Part shown: positions 35,857-48,325 of the stretch, piece after piece
How positions within the stretch are numbered: position 1 is the first letter of the stretch
Layout: every line of letters begins with the position of its first letter
Assembly (NCBI GenBank): GCA_977030845.1
Contig: OZ365114.1
Span: forward strand, 22,258,001 to 22,322,000
Direction: 5' to 3'
DNA: 64,000 nucleotides
DNA from: Fimbriosthenelais zetlandica
Lineage: Eukaryota
The notes under the pieces: model-generated
Told to the model about the DNA's origin: nothing
Seen by the model: the letters and a program-made list of their open reading frames with translations, nothing else
The model's database searches: none
Translations under genes and position numbers: made by a program

Positions 35857-36005
35857 TTTTGCATCGCAATGAAGTGATTTTGCATCGCAATTTCTGTTTT
35901 ACCACATACAGCTGCCCGCAAAAATGTATCGCAAATATTGCGATGCAATGTGATTTTGTGTCGGAAATACCTCAAATTGCATCGCATCGCAAAATGCGAT
36001 GCGAT
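35857..36005. repeat. GCATCGCA-motif cluster ending in a perfect 11-bp hairpin
   Basis: TTTTGCATCGCAAT occurs twice (35857, 35878), with an inverted copy at ~35938 and ATCGCATCGCA-AAA-TGCGATGCGAT at 35981-36005. Confidence 0.8.
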
Positions 36006-39000
36006 ACCAGGTAGATTATCACCTGTGACTGGATAATAGGCCTACACTATGATCATCGCCTTTCTGTGTAGGCCTAATTCCAACAATAAACATACTGTGA
36101 AGAATGCGCTGTGCAAGGCTGTCTTTGGACACCTGATTCAGTTCCTGTTGGACTCACTCGATGTCGCCAGAGTAAACAGTTTTCGTCATGATGTGGCTCT
36201 TCCCATGTGCTCCTTGAAGAATCCTCACCGCCCGCTGTGATGCCAACCGTGAACACCTAGTGAACACTTATCATCGGTGAGTATTTTGAGCCTAGATCTT
36301 TCATATAATTAGGCCAAAATGTTCTATGTTTAGGCTGACGCATGTGTTTAACTTAGCCTCCGGGATGGGGCACTCGGACACAAAGAAAGTGGGTGACCTC
36401 TTCCTTTATTACAAAATGAGACAATTTTTGTAGGATTTTATTTCAGAGAAACTCGGTCAATGAATTAGAGTTTCGCCTTTTACTTAGGGTAGTCTTTTTC
36501 AGCCTACTCTTGACCCCTCATTATGTGATATTGAGCTTCTCTTGGCATGGTATAAAGGGGTGCATGCATGGATACTAGGGTTCTCTTTTACACACTGCTG
36601 TCTGATGTAACTATCAATGTTCTATTAGATATAACCTCTGGTGTTATCTCACATCCTTTCCTTTGATATTATCATCTTGCCTATATGTTTCCCATTTAAT
36701 AATTTACATCAAATATATTAAAACAGTCAATTCCGTAGTGGTTAGTAGGGGATACTAAGAATGAAAAGCATCATCAAAGAGCCTATATAAAGCGTGGGTG
36801 ACATATTTCTCTGTCTAAAAATGGTATATTTTAGGAGAGTAGCCCCATGTGTCAATTGAAATGTGAGAGATGTGCTGACCTTATCTGCCCTTGCGTCAGA
36901 GCATTTGGTCCATCTATGGGACCAGTCTGCAGGGCATTCACAGCCAATTGATAGCAATTAGGAGTAAAGTGGTTGAAGTTACCTAATACTGAAACATCCA
37001 TTAGTCGAGTTAACGCCTGTAGGTGTCCTCCCTGGCTTTCTCTTTCATGCCTTTGTTGTCTGTTATTCATTGTTTGGAGAGCTTCTGTACAGCTTAGCAG
37101 ATCTCTACAAGAGACTTTTAGACCGTTTGCTAATGGCGGACAAACAAAATCAGCTATTTATTTGATTTTTTTTCACACGGTGTACTGAGATACACGACCA
37201 ATGTATAAAATGTGCATGAAAATCGTTAAGGTATAAGCGTTAATATATCCGTGGTCATGATATGCTTGACTAGTCAGGAAAAAAGTAATAATCAGATTAT
37301 GGAGAATTAGAAAAATATAAATCATGTTTTCCATAGTGTCTAAAATTGTCCTCTAGCCTAAATAATATTACTTACGGTACTTCTGGAATCACACCTAAGA
37401 TACCTAAGTTTCCCAAGAAAAAAAAACAGGCGGCCACAAAATCAAAACTTTATATATTGTCATTACCGTCATTCATATACAAGCCTTCGTTCGACATTCT
37501 ATCACTTTTTAAGAGTGATTCTATCATATAATTATGTGATTTCAAAAGTTCGACCCTTTATGTGAACTTCCTTCCATATACATATGTGATAGACGATACA
37601 TATGTTTCCTATGACTCAAATTGAGACAAATACAATGCATTAAGTTTTCTGTCAACACTGATATGAAAGTATCTTTCTTATAATTGTGCGTGCCACTTTG
37701 TACTTAGTCATAGTGGAGAGAAAGGGGAGGCGCACGGCTGTGAAGATGGTTTAATGAAAAGCGCAAGAAAGTTTCCTATCCACCCATGTTCCACCGTCAG
37801 AAAGCTGCCATGAGCGAGCAATAATGCCGCGCGAGGATGGCAAAAGCCTTTGTCTGACTCCTATCTACCTGATTCTTTACCTCTTTCTCGAACAAACTAA
37901 CGCGATCCTCTGCTGAACACAAAAAATATATGTCTTCTTTCAACTTGTTTGCCTTCAGATTGATTTCTGAGCATTATATGCAGAGATGTTCCATACCATT
38001 CTATACATTTCCCACGCCGTCTTGTCACAGACTTGTATGGAAATACCTTAATGGTACGATCTGTGGAGTGGGAGAGAGCGTGAGATAAAGTCGCTTATGG
38101 ATTGAGAAAGGGCCAAGGCGGCTGCTGTAGTCAATGCACTGCTGTGAAAGGCCCGATGTGCATTAGTACATGCCCTTCTACTGTTGCCAGGGCCTACTAT
38201 CTTTGTCTGTCGATAGAGTCACGAGTCAAAAGTCAATGTGAAGGTGGATTCTGAGGGCGCACAAACGGCCGACGCTCCCTTTTACATTAAGAAAGGCACT
38301 TACAAGGATCCATATGTACTGGGGTAGCAGTTAGTTTGAGAGGAAAGGAAAGGGAGGAGGCAGAAAACTCATTATTGAAGGAAAGTGTTGAGAAGAATTG
38401 AGTGGTGAGAATGGATTGGGCGTGGTTCGTTACTATTGGAAACTGGGATCCCTTGAACAGCATTATCTTTAAGATGAAAGTTTGATTTTTGTCTCGAATG
38501 TGTAAGGATTGCAGGCAGAAGAAAATGATCGAATTATAAGTGATACATGTTGCACTACTTTTTTATGATTCAAGAAAATGTAATCCGATTTGTAATTTGT
38601 GGATGAATTGATACTGCAAACGGTGCACACATGCATTTTTACAAAGTAGAACGGTTGTAAATATGTAGGTACAAAGTTTCATTTTAGAAAAATTGGCCAA
38701 TCCTTTGTCCCCAAATGTAGAAAAGCTAACGGCTTATGCCAAACCAAATTGGGTAAGCTTTGGAGAGGGCAATTCCAATTGCTTAGTTGAATAGGAAATG
38801 CTAAGTCTTTATTTTGGAGAGGGGAAGGACCAAGTTAGTGGGTGTCCAGACAACCGGATATCCACTTGAGCCAGAAGTACGCCCCAGCGCCTCAATCCTC
38901 CCGTCTTTCCCTCATTGAATTTGGCCTGAGGATGAATCACTCTATCTGAATACTGTGGCCCAGAAGCACCAACTTAGTGAGCGCCACTCTCGCCACTATT

Positions 39001-42000
39001 TCAGCGCCATCAATATATAAATATACATCTATAGCATTTGCCCTCCTTCAACCCCATTCTCTTATCCATTTCCCATCCCTTCCCCCCTCTGCTTTCACCC
39101 CGCCCCTCCAAACATCTGCCCATAGTCTGATGTGGAGCACAGCAATCGGATTTCAATTTTGGCGCTGCGCCCTGGTAGGGAAATTGCTTTGAACGAGGGC
39201 TGTTTTTCATAATGCGATGGACCTCCTCTCGAATTAAGCGCACGCTTTCTTGGCGACGTCTCGCGATCATTCCTCCATTGATTGGCACGCCTAAGTTAAT
39301 TGTATGCCTTCACGCTGCCTCCTATTATGACATCCTAAGTAAATTGTCAATAGGCCTGCGCCCAGCCCCACACAGTGGTCGTCAATGAAAGTAATGGACG
39401 TAGCGGAAGCGCATTTAGTTGTAAATGAAGGCTATCTTGGCGCGGCTCGATCTAATAAAGCCACCATTCTTATTGGCATTGGCCGACAACTACTTTATAT
39501 TGAACAGCCGTAAGTGAGTTACAAGGTTGTATCGCACTGTTTATAAGCAACATCATTGAGTTACAATGCCCCGCTAAGGCATTTGTAGATTCGCCTGGCG
39601 CACGGGTGGCTTTGGAGTGCTTCGAGCTATGTCCCAACCCCACCCCCGCCGTGTTTCAATCAATCGCCCTGCTTGCCGCCATAATTACCCTTAATTGTTT
39701 ATTTCCGACTCCTCCATTGCAAATTGAAGCCTGAGAATGAAAGTTGGGATGTGGTTGTGAGGCTGGCTTGGGAGCTGCTCCCTCGGGGACAGGCGGGTTT
39801 TAGGAGCAGTTGGTTGGTGAAAGTTGGCCGACCTGGACTTGAGACTGTGTCGTGGAGGTCTGTTGGTTGTATGCCCTTGTTGTCATCATGCCACATGAAC
39901 ACCACCACGACAGACTCCCTGCCTAATGGTCTTGCTCACAATTTACTCACATTGTAGCTGAGGAGCATCTCATTCACGGCCCCAATTATTGCTCGAGGCT
40001 GGCCATCATTCAAGCGTCACGCAAGGTGGTATTGATGCCGCATCCAAAAAGGAACTATCCTCCTCCTCTCCTTCCCTTCTCCTGCTCGCCACACGCCACA
40101 CACTCACTCTAAAACCTCCTGGATCCATTTCTCCTGACCGCCATTCCCTGCCTGGCCCATATGCACGTGCCTATTTAGGATATCATCACGGAAAGTGCAC
40201 CCAACCTATTACAATCAATTACCGCCAATTTGTATTTTCGCGACATTTGCAAAATTTGTTTAGGCGTTATATCCGGCCCAATGCGTGTCTGGGTGGCGCC
40301 CTCTGTGTGACGTCTCACAACCACATTAGGTCGCGTGTTTTCTCGCGCGAAATGGAACCTTCAGTGTCAATAAGGTCCGTCACAAGGGCGCGCCAATGAC
40401 AAATTCTACCGCCCGCCGCTCCTAAACGGAAGTAACAGTGTCGTGATTGCGCCGAGTGGTAATTTTGACTTAACGTCAAGCAAGGCCGCGCGAGAGCTGA
40501 TTGTTGGCTGTCTCGCATTTCCCCGCTATCCATGAGAGTTGACAATAGGCCACATCCCGGTGAGTCTTGCACCCAAAAGGGGGGTGATATAGAGGCAGGG
40601 CTAGAGTTTGCCTGTCCTCTTGGAGCACGGTAAAATCAGGCGAATCATGATGATTATCCAGGGAGAAGGAGCAGGCCAGGAGCAGCTCACAACGCATTAT
40701 ACAAGCTAATTGAATGAAGTCTTGGCGAGAAACTCATGGATGGATGATGCTGCTAGCCATCCACCCCCGCCAATATCCTCCCCTTCTCAACCCCTATCTC
40801 CACCCCTATTTTCACTCAGCCGAAGAAAAAAGCTGTCCCCTGTCACTTTGAATAGAGTGCGCATGCCTTTCAGGAGTGTTCCTATCAATAGGTTGCAGGG
40901 GTTGGGTAAATTACCGCTTGGTGCGCTTATTGTGCTTTTAAACCTATTATATGGACGCCCACATTGACCGAAAATCATGAGGATAGGGCCTATATCATGG
41001 AAATCAGGTCGTATTCGGCTCACCAATGTATAATTATAGTGGCAATATTTATAATGTCCTCTTTTCCCCAAGAACAACTCTGCTGTTTCAACTTGGCAAG
41101 ACAGTATTGTGTTTGAATAGTTATGTTTGAAGTCGATTCCATAATTGCTCAATGGACCTCGTATGTGTGAAACTTCCCAATTATCAGGGAGACAACCTAC
41201 GCAGTAATTTCACTTTTCCACACATGAGGGAAGCACCATAGTCTCATGGTGGCTAACATGGGCTATAACCCATCCTACTTTTCAACTGCTTTGATCAGTT
41301 GCCTCATCCAAGACGATTACATATAGTCCATGAATTATAGTTGAATAGGTATATTTAATATTCGCACGATAACATCATATATAAAGTTTTTGTTCAATGT
41401 GTATACAAAGTGTCATAAATTAGTGACATTTATCAGTTTGGAACAGTGCCAAAATGTAAGCTCTAGGATTCCCCATCGTTAGTTGAGCGTCCCCGACCAT
41501 AACTTCCATATCATTCATAAAGATAATTAGATTATTATTGAGACTTCGAAAGATATGATATAGGAATCAATAACCACTCTATAATCTATTGTGATTATAA
41601 TATATTCCACATGAATGAGTTTTGACCCCTTCTGAGGACGTGGGAACCAAAAGGTTTTGGCCCCAAATAATGAGGTAAAAAACAAGTTTATTAGTTATAG
41701 GCCGTACTGCAATGCAGCATCGTGTCTTGATATGGCGCGCCATGTACGTCTTGTCCATGATTGGACTAATCCCACGTTTTAACTATTTGGGAATAGTTCT
41801 AAAATCATAACATCGATTATGTACTGTCTGTGGTATTTGAGAAATTACCAATAGAAGTAAGCTTTCGTTTGGTTTCAAGGTTTCCTTGCAAGATCTGATT
41901 TACTGATAGAATAACTTAAGAGAAAAGTTGGCAAAAGAAAAGTTTACAGACCAAGTTCTGTGGAGCATTGAGAAAAAGTATTCCCTAAGAACTATGTTTA

Positions 42001-45000
42001 GGACATGAGAAGAAAAACAAAAGTCGACTATTATTATTTATGACCACACGTCTAATGCAAATCAGAAAAGAAGGAACTGTAAAGTAAAACAAGTGATGAC
42101 ACATCATTGTGGCCCATCAAACAATGGATCTATATTCTTGTGCGACTGTAGCTGGAGTGGCGGAAGAATATGAAATGAAATGCCTGTCGGGAACGCCATT
42201 TCCGGCCCCCAACAGGAAGTGTGTTTATATTCATTTGAACATGCCTTATGCATATCCTATTGGGAGATAATTGAGCCGGGATGAAGCTACATTGATAGAG
42301 AATTCCGCTCAAACATCCATATTCTTGGTGCATATACGTTGGGCGCTTAGGCAGAATGGCTCTAATGATGAGATGATGTCTTTTTCTAATCGCCAAGCCA
42401 CTGTCATTAACGCTTTGAATTGTTCATTGGCTATGATTTCATATTGACGCCGTCTTTCCTCCACGTGTCTTCTTTTCTCATGCACATTCGCCCCTTTTAT
42501 TGTGCGTCTCGTGTTTCCACAATCTGCAAGAACTACTTGCCAATGTATTCATGAGCCGTGCTTTGTTTTGACGTGTCTGAAATCCCGCCGAGATCTCGTT
42601 CATGGAAGAACCCACGAGAGAGTCACGTGTGCTCTTGTTTCACCAAGACGCGAAGTTGAGGCGGCATGGCGGATGTACATCTGTCCTTCTTTCTGTCTTC
42701 TGTGCCGGAATCAATTCAACACAAGTGACAATATTCATGCGCGATTTAAGAGTTACCTAGGAAAAGCGTCAATCCAATTAAAGCCAAGCTCTCGGGTGTG
42801 ACCCATCAATACAAGTCCAAAGGGAATGGAACAAAATGGATCCAGTAATATGACATCAGTGTTTACTCCTCCCTCAGGAAATTTGAATTCATTCCCTCTT
42901 TTTGATAGCTTGTGAAATCTTAATTGAATTCAGACTATTCAATGTCTATATGAGGAAAGGAATTAAGAATGTGGTAATTAATGATATTAAAGATGGAGGG
43001 ATGTATTTTCACATACACAAATACTAGTACATATTTTTAAATTGTCTAAGAGGGTACTTGTATACGGTACTTACATGTACTTCCTTCATAGCCAGAGAGC
43101 GCGGGAGAATCTGAGAGAGCGAGAGACTGAGACCGGAGAGAGGGAGAGTAAAAGGGATAGGAGATTGCTAACTTATTCTGCTCATTAATTAATAGTTCTG
43201 GGAGTTCAAGTGAGTTTATGAGTGAATCAGCATTGCATACCTTCGTATGCACAATATATAATCATTGATGCCTCTCGTGGGGTTTACGAAGGTTGAACAC
43301 ATAGTGAATTCGATTGCGATTGCAGATCGTGGATCACCATTTTACCAACGAGATCACCAGGTTTACTTTAATTGTTGATTTCACTGAAATGTTGAAGGAT
43401 CCTGAGTAGATTTAGGCATATAAACATATGGGAAAGTATTAGGAAAGTAAAAATATTATAGTATGTATGACTGTGCCTGCCTACCAGAAGGTGGTATCCT
43501 AGCATAGAGACCTCCTGTATATGGGGGTTATTGGCATACAGGTATAGAAGATGGTTCTGTATGGTGTAGATAAGTGTGTGTGTTTCATTCTAAAGATCTC
43601 CCAGTCTGAGACCAAATGATCAAGTCAAGTCAGGTAGAGTCACCACCCCTCCACCACCCCACCGTCCCTAAGACACCTACTATGGTTACCTCTCATCTTA
43701 CACCCTAGTAATGAGGTTTTGTGTGGGTGGTTGTGTTTTTTGAGAGCTGGGTGCACCTTTTATAGAAGGTCCTGGGAACACCCCCATCCCCCGTCCCTAA
43801 CTGTCTACCTTTAATGGAACACGAATTCACAAGGTGATATGTTGACCGTGGCTCTATCAGTGAAAGAGGGCAGTCAGGTGAGCACAAGGTCTTGTATAGA
43901 TAAAAGGGCTCACCTCTGGGCCCTTGTGGCGTGCGACAAGGCCTTTGGGAAAGGTCTCCTGTCAGCTTGCCTCCTTGACAACAAAACACGACCTCGCTCG
44001 CCATGCCCCTTCTATGATTGCCCCCAAAGAACTCATTGTGCGAGGCAGAGAGCGACCAGAATGGTAAGTGTTTGCCGCCCTTCTACCGCTCTTTGACAAA
44101 ATGTCATAAACTCGGCCGGCTATATGCACATCTTAGCCGGGCTTTGTGCTTGCTTTGTGCCGCTATTGTGAAGGGTGTGAATGCCGCTCCACAAGGTGTG
44201 ACGGGCCGGCTATACGGACTGCCGCGACCTCTGGCGGAGAGCAGGCACAATACGGGGAATGATAGAGAACGCTGGAGAGATGATCTCACGGAGCGTCCCA
44301 TCAGAGTCCCTTCTATACCAAGCCCTGACCCTCTACACAATGGTACATTTCACCTACTTGATTCCTTACCTTTTCAGGCCCCCTTTTTCTCGCCGCTTTC
44401 TGCTTTTCTGTTTTTTCATCTCTCCCTACCATGTCTTCATTACTTCCAATCCTGCTGCATCTATTGCTCTTTTGAGGTGCCTAGCAAAATGGGAAGGTCC
44501 ACCTGCATAGTGTGACTTTGGGGGATGAATATTTTTATTTGCTCTGTCAATCCTAGCTGTATTAGAGCCTTATATATTTAATGTAATAGTATGGATTTGT
44601 ACCCTCATAATGCCCATTGCATGCTACGTACATGTCAATATCATTTCCAATTAAAAGGATTTAACGGCTACGTGTGACTAGAGCGTATCAAGTTTTTCAT
44701 ACGCCCAAATCCCTGGGAAAAATCAATGTATGAAAGGGTGTACCTGGGAAGGTTTCTCCCTATATATAATAAACGTTGCCACCCACCTGCATACAAGGCT
44801 ATGGTGCTTTAGAACTCCCCTAGTCTCAAGGGTGAGTGTTAAATAGAAACCTGGTGAATGGCCATAGATTAAATGGATTCATGCCTGATGAAATGAATAT
44901 CTTGCTCTAGAATGGATTACTTCTCATATTCTGAATATCATACATATGAAAAAGAAACGTATGCTGTTAAAAGAATCTCTACTACATTTATTACAATATG

Positions 45001-48000
45001 ACAAAGATACATACAAAGATGTACACAAATCAAAGAGGTTTATATATACATGTACAGTATAACCCTAACCTGTCCATCTAACTTGATGCACTCTACACAG
45101 TCACTGAAAAACAACCAAATATATTTTCAGACTATATTGTATGTTGCATATTTGATCAGTAGGTCTATACTGAAGTAATAAGAGAGGAAAATTCTCTCAC
45201 TTACGCCTTGTCTATAATCTAGCCTATATCCATAGCTAGTGTTTATTATACAAAAGCCCTTAAAGGGGAAGAGAAAGGGCGGGGAAAACACCTGTCCGAT
45301 CTTGGTGTTCCCTCAGCGATGTCTAGCGCGCCAGATCGATGGGATCATTGTCGATCCGTGTGCCTTACAATAGAGGCCGAGAAGACCTTCTTCATGTACC
45401 GGCACCCAACTGTCCCAACCCCGCCCATTGTGTTCAGCTTCAACCCTCCTCCCCCCATACACCCTCCGTAGTCTTCTCTTGCCAGAACCAGATCTATTGT
45501 AACCCTCTCAATGGTGCCTTGTCAAACATTGCAAAGACTATTGGATCAGCCGGCAATTTAGGAGCGCTCCTCAGTGGAGTCTATTAAAGGACCCTGTGTG
45601 TGTGCATTCATCATTAGCAGGGACGGGTGAGAATGTGGCCATTCAAACCTCTTTCTCCTTCTTCTTCTTCATGGTCCCTCTTTCTGTCCAAGACCCTTGG
45701 AGAATGAAGGCTAACTCTCAGAGAAGACACTATGCACTTCACCATGGCGACTGTCCTATTGTTCTGCCTTGTCTGCCCTCGCCAGAAGATGTGTCATAAT
45801 TAAGGAGGGCCTTAAGTTATAATTGGATGAAACATAGCGCCAGGCATGGAGTGGTATTGATCAATTTCATGCTGGATTCTAAAGCTGAATAGTTAGTGAA
45901 AGCTGAATTCCTCCTGCTTTGAATTTGGGATTATACTGACAGTGGCTGCAGTATGAACTGAATGACAAATGAGCCTTATAACACGTCTTGATCCATCATT
46001 TCTGTGAACCTATTACATTACAGTGACTGACCCTTCCTCACTGGCTTCATCCTTCCTTCTTGTTGCATAATATCCCTGTATACCCTAAAACTTTGACTTC
46101 ATTAGATACTCTTGAATGTTGGTCTGGACCTGTAATGCATATATCCCTTGCAGAAGAGTAAGTAAACAGTATGCTGTTGAAATTGTTATTGACAGTCATG
46201 CAGAGATGAGTTTAACCAGTCTACAATTATATAAACTTAATCAAGATTAGCCTTGTAATTTCATTGTAATTATGAAAAGTTCATGTCTGCCTCACTGCAC
46301 ACATAAAGACATGCAAGTTGGAGCAAGGTATTAATATTGCATTCAAAAGTTAGGAGGCATACATGAATGAATTACCGCCTTCAAATTCAAGACAATTCAC
46401 GAATCCTAACAATTCATCCCAGCAATATTAACCTTGATTAGCACTTCTTTCCGTGCACCTCTGGTAAATCTAATCAATTCAGGCATTAGTTTAACAAATT
46501 GTAGACATTGTGACAGTGATCACAGCTATTAGTGCCGTGAGAGGTTCATTGTTAGGCCTGTTGGAGGACGCAGCTGGGACCCTTCATGCTGCGGCCAAGA
46601 GTAGGTAGAGGCTGGGAGGAGACAATGGCAGGCATTGGGCCCGGCATTGAGATAATAAAGTTGATATCTCAGTCTACAAGCAGAGGCCATGTCCCACCAT
46701 CTGTTATCTGAGAGTGGGAACAAATGAGGGACACGCCCAATGGGTGTTAGTGGGAGGGTAATGGTTCAACAGGACAATACGGCACGTGACCAACGTCAAT
46801 GTCATGGTGTGAACTGTCCAACGATTCTTACACCCAACTAGGCTACCATGAATAACTCAGATGGACAAATTACCAACCAGGCAATTTGTGCTGATTTTAT
46901 CCAGAGATATGGTAATTACATCATATTGAACTCTATGATGTGGTAATTGTTTTGTAAATAGTAGATGGAACATGGAAATTTGTTGTTGGTAGTTGGTGCA
47001 TTGGCAGAATTCAAATTGGATGCGATTTACATAAATTTCTTGTTCTACGGTTCAGATTTCTTTACCTGGGTTTCTGAGGAATGGGAGTAACTTTTCCCAA
47101 AGATGATTCATTTGGTGAGTTGGTTAGTGGGCGCAGGCCCACTCAGCTTGATCAACTGGGCAATCTCTTTTAGGCAATTTTGATTCTGTTATCTCAAAGA
47201 ACATTAATATAAAAATATTACCCATACGGCACCGGTTCCTAACTAGCCTACTGAGTGCCCTCTGCCTCTGAGGAGAACAAGTCATTTTTACACAGACTTT
47301 CCTGTCTGCCTGTCAGCGTGTCATTTACCTCGACTTAAGCTATCCTTCAGATCCCCCAATATCGCCCATAGCAGCATGCAGCAGTTGCCAACAAGAGGTC
47401 ACATTCATATCTCTTGTAATCTGCGTGCGCAGCTTTATCTCTGAAGCTCTTAATTGGCGTGGGTTTTGCCATCAGGCCATCAATGAGCGTCCACTCTGGA
47501 GTAAAGGTAGACACCCAGGAGGGCTTAAAGCTCTCTGCCTTCGTCTCTGACCCCTGGAGAGCTGGGGGACACTGCCTAATGATCACGTGAGCTCTAAAAG
47601 CGTTGGATCCGGAAAGGCACGATTGATCTGCACACAAATATGCATTTTTATATTAAATTATAGGAGGGTTTGCCACTCAGTTGGAATCTGGTCGCCTTTT
47701 GATGTTCCTTCTCGCCATGGAAGGAGAAAGTTCTCAAAAGAGGTAAGGAGGGGTGGGGCAAAGCATGCGCATAGCAGGCTGACAATCCTGCCTTGGTGGG
47801 CTGAGTTTGTGTGGCTCCTGAAAGTGTACAAGTTAGTGGTTTGTCAGTGGGCAGTGCAAGGCAGTCATGCATGAAAGAGGCGTCAACAGGAGGCAAGTGA
47901 GAGGGAAAATAAAGTGGAGAAAAGGGTCTTATCCTGAGAAGATGCAGAGGAGTGGGTTAGTGAGGGAATGAGGGAATGGGCACAGGAGTAACACAATTGA

Positions 48001-48310
48001 CATAGAGGGGCCGGGGATAGGAGGCAGGGTTCTATGCCCAGTGCTGTCCGAGTGGCATAACAGGATTGTCACAATACAGGAAGTCGCCTCCTTGTGGCGA
48101 ACTTTGTAATGAGATTGTGGGTGGAGGCCAGGCGATGGCGTGCGATTGTCAGGAGCCACATAGTGGTCTGTGGAAGGAAGAGGAAGTGACCATTTCTCCC
48201 ATAATGTGGCACGCGTCTGTATTTGTGAGATGCTCTCAGATCGAGTTGCAGAGCCACCAAGTGTGAACAATTCGAACTGAGAAGCTGTGGGCCCAATGCT
48301 GCTATTGGCC

Positions 48311-48325
48311 GCTGCCATCTGGCGG
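48311..48325 (-). promoter_or_regulatory. CTCF-consensus site
   Basis: Minus strand CCGCCAGATGGCAGC fits CC(A/G)(C/G)(C/T)AG(A/G)(G/T)GGC(A/G)(G/C) at every position. Confidence 0.5.
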
